Notes under the pieces: generated by a model
Told to the model about the DNA's origin: nothing
Database searches by the model: none
The model's input: only the letters and a program-made list of their open reading frames with translations
Shown: in pieces, positions 48,318-58,271 of the stretch
How the letters are laid out: every line of letters starts with the position of its first letter
Numbering within the stretch: position 1 is the stretch's first letter
NCBI GenBank assembly: GCA_965205505.1
Contig: CBDBHB010000009.1
Location: 576,001-640,000 of the forward strand
Direction of reading: 5' to 3'
Length of the DNA stretch: 64,000 bases
DNA from: Acidobacteriota bacterium
GTDB lineage: Bacteria > Acidobacteriota > UBA890 > WLXD01
Program-made: the position numbers and the translations under genes

Positions 48318-48833
48318 ATGGGTAGCTACGCAGAAGTGTTCTTCGATATCACCATCGACGGCGAGCCCGCCGGGCGCGTGGTCATGGAGCTGAGCGACGA
48401 GACTCCCAAGACCTCGGAGAACTTCCGTGCCCTGTGCACCGGCGAGAAGGGATTCGGATACGAAGGATCGGGCTTTCACCGCATCATCCCCAACTTCATG
48501 TGCCAGGCTGGCGACTTCACCAACCACAACGGTACCGGCGGCAAGTCGATATACGGCGACCGGTTCGACGACGAGAACTTCACGCTCGCGCACACTGGCC
48601 CGGGTATCCTTTCGATGGCCAACGCCGGTCCCAACACCAATGGCTCGCAATTCTTCATTTGCACCGGGGACACGGCATGGCTGGATGGCAAACACTGCGT
48701 CTTCGGGCGGGTGACCGAGGGAATGGACGTGGTCCGCGCCTGTGAGGCGGTCGGCAGTGGATCGGGGAGTGTGTCGGTGCCGGTGGTCATTGAGGCCTGT
48801 GGAGAGGTAGAGGCCTGCGGAGAGGTCTCGTAA
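48318..48833 (+). CDS. ppiA: Cyclophilin-type peptidyl-prolyl isomerase
   Basis: [55 protein letters not shown]. Confidence 0.93.
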   Translation: MGSYAEVFFDITIDGEPAGRVVMELSDETPKTSENFRALCTGEKGFGYEGSGFHRIIPNFMCQAGDFTNHNGTGGKSIYGDRFDDENFTLAHTGPGILSMANAGPNTNGSQFFICTGDTAWLDGKHCVFGRVTEGMDVVRACEAVGSGSGSVSVPVVIEACGEVEACGEVS

Positions 48834-48847
48834 ACCCGGCCTGAAAA

Positions 48848-49636
48848 ATGTACGAGCGCATCGTCTGTATGACGGAGGAGACCACCGAGTCTCTGTATCT
48901 CATGCAGGAGGACTGGCGCATCGTGGGCATCTCCGGATTCACCGTACGACCGCCACGCGCCCGCCAGGAGAAGCCCAAGGTCTCGGCTTTCACCAGCGCC
49001 AAGATCGACAAGATTCTCGAGCTCGCACCCGACCTGGTGCTCGGCTTCTCCGACCTCCAAGCCGATATCGCCGCCAGCCTGATCAGGGCTGGGGTCGAGG
49101 TGCATGTGTTCAACCACCGCAGCGTTGCCGGCATCCTGCGTATGGTGCGCGCCCTGGGCGGCTTGATCGGCTGTGCCGACAAGGGCGAGGAGCTAGCGGC
49201 GGAGCTGCAGTCGGGGGTCGACGAGATTCGCTGTCGGGCCGCCAGGCTACCGGCCCGGCCGCGTGTGTACTTCGAGGAGTGGGACGATCCCATGATCTCG
49301 GGAATTCGCTGGGTGTCTGAGCTCATCGGCATCGCCGGGGGCGACGAATGCTTCCCCGAACTGAGCCGCGAGTCGCTCGCCACCAACCGTATCGTTGCTG
49401 ACATGTCGGAGGTCGTGGCGCGCGCCCCCGACGTGATCCTGGGCTCTTGGTGCGGCAAGAAGTTCCGCCCCGAACGGGTCGCCGCCCGCGACGGTTGGGA
49501 CGCCCTGCCGGCGGTGCGCGACGGGCACGTGTACGAGATCAAGTCGGCGGTGATCCTGCAACCGGGGCCAGCGGCGCTGACCGACGGCGTGCACCAGATA
49601 CACGAGATCATCGCGAATTGGGCGGAGTCGCGCTGA
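48848..49636 (+). CDS. Orphan BtuF-like (helical-backbone) binding protein without a signal peptide
   Basis: RIVC.TEETTE, KPKVSAF, PRVYFEEW..P, ILQPGPA. Confidence 0.8.
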   Translation: MYERIVCMTEETTESLYLMQEDWRIVGISGFTVRPPRARQEKPKVSAFTSAKIDKILELAPDLVLGFSDLQADIAASLIRAGVEVHVFNHRSVAGILRMVRALGGLIGCADKGEELAAELQSGVDEIRCRAARLPARPRVYFEEWDDPMISGIRWVSELIGIAGGDECFPELSRESLATNRIVADMSEVVARAPDVILGSWCGKKFRPERVAARDGWDALPAVRDGHVYEIKSAVILQPGPAALTDGVHQIHEIIANWAESR

Positions 49637-49850
49637 TGTGCCGTCGTCGCCGCTCCGCGGACTCTCCCCGTCCCGCTCGCTACAAAGTTCAAGCCTTCGG
49701 AGACAGGACGCTAGTAGGACACTAGTTGGCGCGACCGCCCGCATCTCGGTACCCTCTGGCGCGGCGCGCCGTGTGCATCCGCGGCGCGCGCCGCCCGAAT
49801 CCAAGTCGACCCATGCGACGCACCCGTGCCGTCGCTCCCCGGAGCTGCCG

Positions 49851-52490
49851 ATGAACCGTCGCCCTTGGCCGGCCCGCAGGCTGGTGCCGATCGTCGCCCT
49901 GTCCCTCGCCGCCGTCATCGTTGCCGCCAGCGCCCAGGCGGCGTGGCCTCAGCGGTCGATCGTGTCGCCGGAGGAGTACTTCGGCTTTCAGATGGGCGCC
50001 GATCGAAAGCTAGCGCGTTGGGACAAGCTGGTGACGTACTACGAGCAGTTAGCTAGTGCCAGCCCGCGGATGCTGGCGATGAATGTCGGCCCGTCGACGC
50101 TGGGCAACCCGTTCCTGATCCTCTTCATCTCGGCGCCGGAGAACCTCGAGCGCGACAGGTTCATGGAGTTGCAACGGTTCAACGCCACGCTCAGCGACCC
50201 TCGCGATGCAACCGAGGCGGCGATTGAGCAGGCGATCGCCGATGGCAAGGCGGTGGTCGTGCAGTCGATGGGGCTGCATTCGACGGAGGTGGGTGCGAGC
50301 CAGATGGCCGCCGAGCTCACCTATGACCTCGTTACGCGAAACGACGACGAGGTCATGCGCATCCTCGACAACACCATCTCGATCATCATTCCTTGCTTCA
50401 ATCCTGACGGCGAGATCATGGTGACCGATTGGTACAATCAGACTCTCGGCACCGAGTACGAGGGTGTCTCACCGCCCGGCCTCTACCACCACTACATCGG
50501 TCACGACAACAATCGCGACGCCTTTCAGACCAACACCGTCGAGTCGGTATACGGAGCCCAGCTGCTGTTTCGTGACTGGATTCCGCAGGCGTACATCGAT
50601 CACCACCAGATGGGATCGTACGGGGCGCGTATCTACGTGCCTCCCTACGCCGAGCCTATCCGCCCGGCCGCGGACCCGCTGGTGTGGCGCGAGATGAGCT
50701 GGTACGGCGGTCACATCGCCTACAAGGAGGAGGAGGCCGGTGTGGCGGGCGTGGTCAACGCCGCCGTGTATTCCGGCTGGGGACACTTCGGGTTCCACTG
50801 GATCACGCCGTTCCACAACATTGCCGGGATGCTCACCGAATCGGCGAGCGCGCGGCTGGCAACGCCGCTGTTCTTGCATCCCGAACAGCTCAACGGCGGC
50901 ACCCGTGGGCTGCCTGAGTACGAGGCGCAGACGACCTTCCCGAACCCGTGGACTGGCGGATGGTGGCGGGTGCGCGACATTGTCGTGCAGCAGAAGATCT
51001 CCGCCCTGGCGGCGCTCGATCTGGCGGCGCGCAATCGCGAGACGGTGCTCCGCAGCGCCTATCTGAAAGCGAGTCGTCAGACCAAGCGCGGCGCCGAGGG
51101 CAAGCCGGCAGCGTTCGTGATCCCGGCCGCCCAGCACGATCCGCTCACCGCGGTCAAGATGATCAACAAGTTGCGGGTGCAAGGGATCGAAGTTCATCGC
51201 TCTGATCGCCAATTCACCCACGAAGGCCGAGCCTACGACGCCGGTAGCTACGTCGTCTCGATGGCGCAACCCAAGCGCGGCGTGATCCGTTGGCTCCTCG
51301 GTCGCACCTTCTATCCCGACAACACGTACACGCGAACGCGTGACGGCGACCCCATCCGCCCCTACGACATGTCGACCGACAACATGTCGGAGTTCATGGG
51401 CGTGCGCGTAGATGCCATCGATACGCCAGTGGAGTCGGATCTATCGGTTGTCACATCCGACGTCGAGCTTGGCGGCACTGCGGTGCGGGGCCGCCGTGGC
51501 TACGTGATCGATGGCCGGCTGAACGACGCGTTCAAGGCGTTGAACCTGTTGTTGGATAACGGAATCGCTGTGCGTCGCGCCGTCGAGGACATGGCCGGCG
51601 GAGTGCACGCCGGCGACTTCGTCGTATCAGCGGATGCTGCCGAAGACACCGTGAGCGAGATTGCGCAGCGTACCGGCGTGGAGTTCGCCGCCCTGGAAGT
51701 GGACACGACCAGCAGTAGTTATGCGCTCGAGCGCCAGCGCATCGGCATGTACCAGCGCTATTACGGTGGCAACATGGACGAGGGCTGGACGCGACTGCTG
51801 CTCGAGATGTTCGGGTTCCCGTACACCACTCTCATGGACTCCGACGTTACTGGCGGCACCCTGCGCGACAACTACGACGTCATCATCTTGCCGGCTGACT
51901 CTACGAGCGTCATGACCGGCGATGACGAGGACGAGGACGAGGGCGGCTTCCGTGGACGACGCGATGAGTGGCCAGTCGAGTATCGGAGCGGCTTCGGGCA
52001 GGAGGGCGTCGACGCCCTCGAGGCGTTCGTTCAGGCCGGCGGCACGCTGCTCACCTTCGCGCAGGCGGGTGAGTTGGCGATCGAGGAATTCGATCTCCCC
52101 ATCCGCAATGTGGTTGCCGAGCTGCCCTCGCGGCAGTTCTGGTCGCCCGGCTCGACGCTGCGCGTCGAAGTCGACCGCACCAACGCCCTCGCCTATGGCA
52201 TGCCGGCGGCGGCGTTGGCAACTTTCCTGCAAGGCAACCACGTCTATCGTGTGGTGCCGAGCAATCGGAACCATCATGTCGAGCGTATCGTGACCTTCGT
52301 CGACCGCGACATCCTGCAGAGCGGCTGGCTGCTGGGCGAGGAGGTCATCGCCAACAAGGCGGCCATGGTGTCGGTGGGTCATGGAGAAGGCAGGGTCGTG
52401 CTGATCGGCTTTCGGGCGCAGCACCGCGCCCAGACACACGGTACGTTCAAGCTCGTGTTCAACGCGCTGATCAGCGCCCCGTCAGATTGA
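49851..52490 (+). CDS. M14-family zinc carboxypeptidase-like protein, exported
   Basis: LHSTE, NPDG, DNNRD, DHHQMG; C-terminal DEGWTR domain. Confidence 0.88.
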   Translation: MNRRPWPARRLVPIVALSLAAVIVAASAQAAWPQRSIVSPEEYFGFQMGADRKLARWDKLVTYYEQLASASPRMLAMNVGPSTLGNPFLILFISAPENLERDRFMELQRFNATLSDPRDATEAAIEQAIADGKAVVVQSMGLHSTEVGASQMAAELTYDLVTRNDDEVMRILDNTISIIIPCFNPDGEIMVTDWYNQTLGTEYEGVSPPGLYHHYIGHDNNRDAFQTNTVESVYGAQLLFRDWIPQAYIDHHQMGSYGARIYVPPYAEPIRPAADPLVWREMSWYGGHIAYKEEEAGVAGVVNAAVYSGWGHFGFHWITPFHNIAGMLTESASARLATPLFLHPEQLNGGTRGLPEYEAQTTFPNPWTGGWWRVRDIVVQQKISALAALDLAARNRETVLRSAYLKASRQTKRGAEGKPAAFVIPAAQHDPLTAVKMINKLRVQGIEVHRSDRQFTHEGRAYDAGSYVVSMAQPKRGVIRWLLGRTFYPDNTYTRTRDGDPIRPYDMSTDNMSEFMGVRVDAIDTPVESDLSVVTSDVELGGTAVRGRRGYVIDGRLNDAFKALNLLLDNGIAVRRAVEDMAGGVHAGDFVVSADAAEDTVSEIAQRTGVEFAALEVDTTSSSYALERQRIGMYQRYYGGNMDEGWTRLLLEMFGFPYTTLMDSDVTGGTLRDNYDVIILPADSTSVMTGDDEDEDEGGFRGRRDEWPVEYRSGFGQEGVDALEAFVQAGGTLLTFAQAGELAIEEFDLPIRNVVAELPSRQFWSPGSTLRVEVDRTNALAYGMPAAALATFLQGNHVYRVVPSNRNHHVERIVTFVDRDILQSGWLLGEEVIANKAAMVSVGHGEGRVVLIGFRAQHRAQTHGTFKLVFNALISAPSD

Positions 52491-52564
52491 ACAGCAGCGG
52501 AGAAGCCGAACAAGCGCGCCGGGCCCGGCGCCTGTGACGGTTTCCGTATCGCGGAGAAGAACAG

Positions 52565-53416
52565 ATGAACGGAAGAAACTTGATGGTCGTGATGACCGTC
52601 GCCGCCAGCGTGCTCATGGGGTCGGCGACCCACGTCGCTATCGCGCAGGTGGGTGTCCAACGATACGTCCGATATAGCTACCAAGGCTCCACGGCCTACG
52701 GCGTCGTCCGCGATGAGGTTGTCCAGCAGCTCGATGGGCCGCCCTACGAATCCCCCATGGCCACGGGCGTCGAGGTTCCTCTCGCCGACGTTACGCTGCT
52801 GGCGCCGGCCGAGCCATCCAAGGTCATCGCGGTGGGGCTGAACTATTTGAGCCACCTCGGGAGCCAGCCGCCCTCCGAGTACCCTGGGCTGTTCGCCAAG
52901 CTACCGACCTCGATCGTCGGCCCCGATGCGGCAATCGAGATACCCGCAGATGCCCACAACGTGCATTACGAGGGCGAGCTCGTGATCGTCATCGGCCAGA
53001 AGGCCCGCGACGTGTCGCCCGAAGACGCTCGCGACTTCATCTTCGGAGTTACGGCGGGAAACGATATCAGCGAGCGTGATTGGCAGGGCGATGACCTGCA
53101 GTGGTTTCGCGCCAAGGCATCGGACACGTTCGGGCCCATCGGACCAGCGATTGTTACCGGGCTCGACTATAACGATCTGCGCGTTCAGACTCGGGTCAAC
53201 GGCGAGTTACGTCAGTCCGAAAGCTCCTCCGACCTGCTGTTCGGGGTCGACGAGATCGTCAGCTACGTTAGTCGCTACGTGACTTTGTTGCCTGGCGACC
53301 TGATCTTCACCGGGACGCCGGGGAGCACGCAGGCGATGCAGCCCGGGGACGTTGTGGAGATCGAAGTTACCGGCGTCGGCGTGCTGCGCAACACCGTAGT
53401 CCGCAAGGGCAGCTGA
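52565..53416 (+). CDS. Fumarylacetoacetate hydrolase family protein with signal-peptide-like N-terminus
   Basis: KVIAVGLNY..H, HYEGEL, ND.SER, AK..DTF.P.GP, LLPGD.IFTGTP. Confidence 0.9.
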   Translation: MNGRNLMVVMTVAASVLMGSATHVAIAQVGVQRYVRYSYQGSTAYGVVRDEVVQQLDGPPYESPMATGVEVPLADVTLLAPAEPSKVIAVGLNYLSHLGSQPPSEYPGLFAKLPTSIVGPDAAIEIPADAHNVHYEGELVIVIGQKARDVSPEDARDFIFGVTAGNDISERDWQGDDLQWFRAKASDTFGPIGPAIVTGLDYNDLRVQTRVNGELRQSESSSDLLFGVDEIVSYVSRYVTLLPGDLIFTGTPGSTQAMQPGDVVEIEVTGVGVLRNTVVRKGS

Positions 53417-53429
53417 GAGAGAGGTCGCT

Positions 53430-54182
53430 CTGAGATACGTCCGCTACAGTCACGACGATGCGATCGCGTACGGGCTTCTGCACGGAGATGTCATCGAGGA
53501 GCTCGCCGGCTCACCGTTCGATTCACCGGAGCCTACCGGTCGGACCGTGGACGCGCGGGAGGCCCGTCTGTTGGCCCCGTGTGAGCCGTCGAAGGTGCTG
53601 GCGGTGGGACTCAATTACCGCAGCCACCTGGACGGCCGCCCGTTGCCGGATCCGCCGGGCATCTTCATCAAGCTGCCGACATCAATCGTCGGACCCGGAG
53701 ACCCGATCGTGCTCCCGGCCGACGCCGACAACGTGCACTACGAAGGCGAGTTGGTGATCGTCATGGGACGCCGCGCTCATGAGGTCTCCGCCGCGGCGGC
53801 GGGCGACTATGTCTTCGGCGTTACGGTCGGCAATGACGTGAGCGAGCGCGATTGGCAGCGCGACGATCTGCAGTGGTTCCGCGCCAAGGGCTGCGACACC
53901 TTCGGTCCAATCGGACCGGTCATCGCTACCGACCTCGACTACGACAACCTGCATCTCCAGACGCGCGTTAACGGCGAGGTGCGCCAAGAGCAGAACACCA
54001 ACGATCTCGTCTGCGGAGTCAACGACATCGTCAGTTACATCAGCAGCTACGCGACGCTGTTGCCGGGAGACGTCATCTTCACCGGAACGCCGGGAAGCAC
54101 GCAGGCGATGCAGAATGGCGATGTAGTGGAGGTCGAGATCGATGGCATCGGCGTGTTGAGAAACACTGTCTTGCGGCTCTGA
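53430..54182 (+). CDS. Fumarylacetoacetate hydrolase family protein (tandem paralogue, probable CTG start)
   Basis: Same motifs; homology to the upstream paralogue (RYVRYS) extends back to a CTG at 53430 that follows a GAGAGG RBS. Confidence 0.85.
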   Translation: MRYVRYSHDDAIAYGLLHGDVIEELAGSPFDSPEPTGRTVDAREARLLAPCEPSKVLAVGLNYRSHLDGRPLPDPPGIFIKLPTSIVGPGDPIVLPADADNVHYEGELVIVMGRRAHEVSAAAAGDYVFGVTVGNDVSERDWQRDDLQWFRAKGCDTFGPIGPVIATDLDYDNLHLQTRVNGEVRQEQNTNDLVCGVNDIVSYISSYATLLPGDVIFTGTPGSTQAMQNGDVVEVEIDGIGVLRNTVLRL

Positions 54183-54237
54183 TGTCGCTGGCTCGGATGG
54201 ATAGTGTCTTGGCTGGTGTGCGCCAGGAGGCCGCCTG

Positions 54238-54786
54238 ATGTCCCGCCCGCAAGCGAATCGAAGGGGAGCGATGCTACTCGGCGCGCTGCCGTTGCTGCTG
54301 ATCCTGGCCGGATCGGCTTGGCCAGCGCAGTCAGGCGAGCAAGCATCGGTGGTGTACGTGCTACGTCACGCCGAGCGTGCCGATACCGCGCAGCCCGAGC
54401 GCGATCCGCATCTCAGCGCTGCCGGTCATGCCCGTGCCGAACAGCTGGCCGAGCTCCTGGTCGCGGAGCACATCGCCACCATCTTCAGCTCTGACTATCA
54501 TCGCACCCGCGAAACGGCTCGACCGCTGGCGAGCCGCCTCGGCTTGTCGGTGCAGACCTACGATCCGAGCGCCTTGGCCGAGCTTGCTGCCGAGCTCAGC
54601 GAGCTGCCGGGGCGACATGTGGTCGTCGGCCACAGCAACACGACACCGCAGCTCGTTGAGCTGCTGGGCGGCGATCCAGGCGAGCCGATCGACGATGCGG
54701 TGGAGTTTGATCGTCTCTACATCGTGGTCCGGGACGCCGATCGAGTCACCACAGTGCACCTGCGCTATGGAGCACCGTCACGCTGA
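54238..54786 (+). CDS. Histidine phosphatase (phosphoglycerate mutase/SixA-like), exported
   Basis: VLRHAE, SS...RT.ETA, VVGHSNT. Confidence 0.85.
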   Translation: MSRPQANRRGAMLLGALPLLLILAGSAWPAQSGEQASVVYVLRHAERADTAQPERDPHLSAAGHARAEQLAELLVAEHIATIFSSDYHRTRETARPLASRLGLSVQTYDPSALAELAAELSELPGRHVVVGHSNTTPQLVELLGGDPGEPIDDAVEFDRLYIVVRDADRVTTVHLRYGAPSR

Positions 54787-54793
54787 GCTCGAG

Positions 54794-54811
54794 TTCACCA
54801 CGGCCTGCTAG
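54794..54811 (+). repeat. 18-bp remnant of a MITE right end
   Basis: TTCACCACGGCCTGCTAG is identical to the TIR tip and overlaps the stop codon of the convergent gene. Confidence 0.7.
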
Positions 54812-56115
54812 GCGCCGGCCGCCGCATCGTCCCGGGGGAGGCTCAAACGCACCAGCCGCGCGCGGCCTTTTCGCACCTCGAGTACCTCCGCGGTGGCGTC
54901 GTCGAACTCGTCAATGTCCCCTGCGTCGACGACTCGAAGCAGCTTCTCGCGCAGCAACCCGGCCAGCGTATCGGCGACGCGTGAGTGCAGCTCCAGGCCG
55001 GTCCATCGATTTACCACCTGCAGGAGCGCACCCCCCTGCACCAGGAACCGGCCGGCGCCGTCGGGCACGACGTCCGGCTCCTCCTGATCGAACTCGTCCT
55101 GCACCGGGCCGACGATCTGCTCGAGCACGTTCTCCAGCGTTACGAGGCCCGAGACGGTGCCGAACTCATCGAGCACGAAGGCCATGTGCTGACGCGTCGC
55201 CTGGAACACGCGTAGCAGTCGTGCAATGCGCAGCGTGTCGGGCACGAACCGCGGTGGCCGCATCAGCGACTCCACGCGGGTCTTGCTGTCGGCCGAGATC
55301 CCGGGTAGGTCGCGCGTATGGAGCACCCCCACCAGCTCGTCCAGCGACCCCCGGCACACCGGATAGCGACCGTGCTTGGTGGCGCGCACCTTGCGGATGA
55401 TCTCGCCGATCGAATCGTCTACGTCGACATAGGCGATCTCGCGCCGCGGCACCATGACCTGCCGGCAGGTGATCTCGTCGAACTCGAACACCGCGTCGAT
55501 CAGCCGATGCTCCGCCTTGGTGAGCTCACCGTGGGCGTGAGCGTGGCTGAGCAGCCGGCGGATCTCCTCCTCGCTGTGCAGCTCATCGTGCTCGGCGCCA
55601 CCCTCCACGCCGAGTCGCTTGAGCAGGGACGACGTAATCGAATCGAGCACCACCAGTAGCGGATAGGCGAGAATATAGAAAGCTCTCAGTGGCAGCGCAC
55701 ACCACAGCGCCATTTGCTCGGGGCGCCGGATCGCGAAGATCTTCGGGGCCTGTTCGCCGATTACCAGGTGCAGCGCGGTGATCACGCTGAACGCGATCGT
55801 GAACGAGGTCGTGTGGAGAACCGCCGACGAGGTGATCCCGACGGCGTGCAGCCATGGCTCCAGGAGCCGCGCGATCGCCGGCTCACCCACCCAACCGAGC
55901 CCAAGCGATGCCATCGTGATGCCCAGCTGACACGCCGACAACGACCGGTCCATGCGGGAGAACAGCCACTGGGTGGTCGTTGATAGCAAGCTATCACGGC
56001 CGGCAATCTCGCTCAGCCGACTGGGCCGCATCTTCACGAGCGCGAACTCGGCCGCCACGAAGAAGCCGTTCAGGACTACTAGAATCGCTGTCAGAAAGAC
56101 GAGAAAGAGATCCAC
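54808..56115 (-). CDS. HlyC/CorC family (DUF21-CBS-CorC) membrane protein
   Basis: LNGFFVAAEFALV, CQLGIT.ASLGLG.VGEP, VMVPR, DEFG..SGLVTLE..LEQIVG...DEFD. Confidence 0.92.
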   Translation of the reverse strand: MDLFLVFLTAILVVLNGFFVAAEFALVKMRPSRLSEIAGRDSLLSTTTQWLFSRMDRSLSACQLGITMASLGLGWVGEPAIARLLEPWLHAVGITSSAVLHTTSFTIAFSVITALHLVIGEQAPKIFAIRRPEQMALWCALPLRAFYILAYPLLVVLDSITSSLLKRLGVEGGAEHDELHSEEEIRRLLSHAHAHGELTKAEHRLIDAVFEFDEITCRQVMVPRREIAYVDVDDSIGEIIRKVRATKHGRYPVCRGSLDELVGVLHTRDLPGISADSKTRVESLMRPPRFVPDTLRIARLLRVFQATRQHMAFVLDEFGTVSGLVTLENVLEQIVGPVQDEFDQEEPDVVPDGAGRFLVQGGALLQVVNRWTGLELHSRVADTLAGLLREKLLRVVDAGDIDEFDDATAEVLEVRKGRARLVRLSLPRDDAAAGA

Positions 56116-56301
56116 GCGGCCCACCTTCGGCGCGTATCCATCGCTGCGCGATCGCAACGGCGGCCACCCATCGAGAGCTTACAAGATCGCACGCCGAAGT
56201 GGTCCTCGACGACCACCCCACCCAGCCAGGGTCGCAAAGCGCTACGATCTGCGGTCGGGCTCGGCGAATTCGAAACGTTGATCGACAGGAGATGAACTTC
56301 C

Positions 56302-56910
56302 GTGATCACCTCGCGTACGAGATTTCTGATCATCGCAACGCTCGCCATGACGACCCATCAGGTGGCAGCTGCTGCGCCGCAGCCAGCCGCGCCCGGTCGC
56401 TTGCGGCTCACCGAATCGGCGATTGAGGCGCTACTGACGCGCATGGTGTTCAATCAGGAGGGGCGCTGGAACTTGAAGGAGCCGAGCGACTGCGGCTATG
56501 CCATCGTGCAGAATCACTCCGTCGAGTTGGCGGGCGGGCTGATCGGAATCCGCGCCAAGCTGTACTGGAGCGAGGCAAAACGGATCTTCGGTGAGTGCCG
56601 CGGCCCGAGCACCAACTTCGAGGTCCTTGCCACCGCCACCCCGGTCGCCGGCGGTCCCACGCTTGGCTTGCGCGACATCCAGGTGAGCGCGCCGGATGGC
56701 GACGTGGTTGCCGTTGCCGCGCTGACGCTGCTCAGGAGCAGGATCCCGAGCTCCTACGACGTCGACGTGTCGCTGATGTTGAGCGAGGCGCTGGCGAGCT
56801 CGGAGATGACCGATTTGCTGGCGATCGCCGACTTTCAGGCGACCGACGCGCGGGTTGGCGACGGGACGCTTGATCTCGGCCTGGGATTCACGCTGACGAG
56901 CCGCTACTGA
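56302..56910 (+). CDS. Exported hypothetical protein
   Basis: AGGAG RBS region, signal peptide, two Cys; no recognised family. Confidence 0.6.
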   Translation: MITSRTRFLIIATLAMTTHQVAAAAPQPAAPGRLRLTESAIEALLTRMVFNQEGRWNLKEPSDCGYAIVQNHSVELAGGLIGIRAKLYWSEAKRIFGECRGPSTNFEVLATATPVAGGPTLGLRDIQVSAPDGDVVAVAALTLLRSRIPSSYDVDVSLMLSEALASSEMTDLLAIADFQATDARVGDGTLDLGLGFTLTSRY

Positions 56911-56930
56911 GCCGGCCAGCCCGGAGGCGC

Positions 56931-57573
56931 TCAGAATCCTTCGAGCCAATCCTCGGGGATACCGTATTCACGTGCCCGCGCCATGATGTCGGCGCGTGAA
57001 ACTCCCACTTCCGATAGGCTGCTCAGAAGCTCGTCGAGCATCTTTCGAGCCCCGTCCGGCGATGAAACCGGCTGCTGGAACGCGGCGATCAAACGCGGCA
57101 ACATGGGTAACAGCTGCTCGAGGCCCGCAATCTCCGTTCCTGCGTTGCTGAGCAGTCCGACCATGGAGCCGGGGTCCGAGCCGAGGAGCTCAGAGAGCGC
57201 GCCGAGCGATTCCGGTGCGATCAGGCCGGCAGCGCCCTTCGGCAGGGTCGACTGCGGCTCTGGGGCTTCATGCTCCGCGAGCGTCTCCTCGCGAGCAGGC
57301 GGAACGCGGACTCTGATCGCCCGCGGGGACCCTCGCGAGCTGCGCCGGGCCGAGGCGGTCGTCGACCACGACTCGCTCGACCACAGAGAGCGGGATCGAA
57401 TGCTCCCCGCCGTACTGAGTGAACACGACGTGCTGGCCGTCGACGTGGGCGCGCGCGGTACGAATCACTCGTCCGTTCTTCAGATAGACGCTGTCGGCGG
57501 AGGCGTTCGAGGCGCCGGCCAACGCGCCCATCAGGAACACGACGAGCAGCGGGGACGGTCTGAGCATAGTCAT
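56931..57573 (-). pseudogene. Exported hypothetical protein with a probable frameshift near 57330
   Basis: N-terminal part has a signal peptide and ADSVYLKNGR motif; a second frame continues AIRVRVPP...GSMVGLL...IPEDWLEGF to 56931. Confidence 0.55.
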
Positions 57574-57727
57574 GCGGTGATGCTCTCCGTGGGGGCGCGT
57601 GAGTGCAAGGTGGGGCGCGCCGTTGACCGCGATTGGCGGTATACGTCCGAAGATTCAGGGGGTGGCTCCGTCGAGCTCGTCGCCGTAGCGGCTTGTCCTC
57701 CAGAACGATTACCGGGACCATGGCGTC

Positions 57728-58225
57728 ATGTCCGAGCATCGGGTTCACCTCGTGCAGTTGAATATCGCCCGCATGCGAGCGCCCCTCGACGATCCGCTCA
57801 TGAAAGAGTTTGTCGATCGGCTCGAGCCGCTCAACGCGATCGCCGACGAGGCGCCCGGTTTCGTCTGGCGCCTGCAGGGCGAGGAGGGCAACGCCATCGC
57901 GATCCGCGCTTTCGAGGACGACCGATTGCTCATCAACATGTCCGTATGGACGTCGATCGAGTCACTGCGCGACTACGTCTATCGCGGTGTCCACACCGAG
58001 CCGCTCAAGCGGCGTCAGGAATGGTTCGAGACCATGGATGGACCCACCAGCGTGCTGTGGTGGGTGCCCGCGGGGCATGTTCCGACCGCCGCGGAGGCGC
58101 GCGAGACGCTCGATCGCCTGCGTCGCAACGGCCCGACAGCGACGGCGTTCACCTTCAAGGACTCGTTCGCGCCGCCCGAGACGACACTGACGGCGCACCC
58201 GATTGGCCTGGTTGGGTGTCAGTGA
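57728..58225 (+). CDS. DUF3291 domain protein
   Basis: HL.QLNIAR, N.IAD.APGFVWRL, INMSVW.S.E.L..YVY, VLWWV..GH.P, GPT..AF.F. Confidence 0.88.
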   Translation: MSEHRVHLVQLNIARMRAPLDDPLMKEFVDRLEPLNAIADEAPGFVWRLQGEEGNAIAIRAFEDDRLLINMSVWTSIESLRDYVYRGVHTEPLKRRQEWFETMDGPTSVLWWVPAGHVPTAAEARETLDRLRRNGPTATAFTFKDSFAPPETTLTAHPIGLVGCQ

Positions 58226-58271
58226 GCTAAGGTCTGCCTGTTTTCATCAGCTCTCAACCCCAGGGTCGATC

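Noticed and set aside
48848-49636. Second B12 transporter locus or riboswitch
   Set aside because: No permease, ATPase or riboswitch motif nearby; only 14 bp separate it from the cyclophilin gene.
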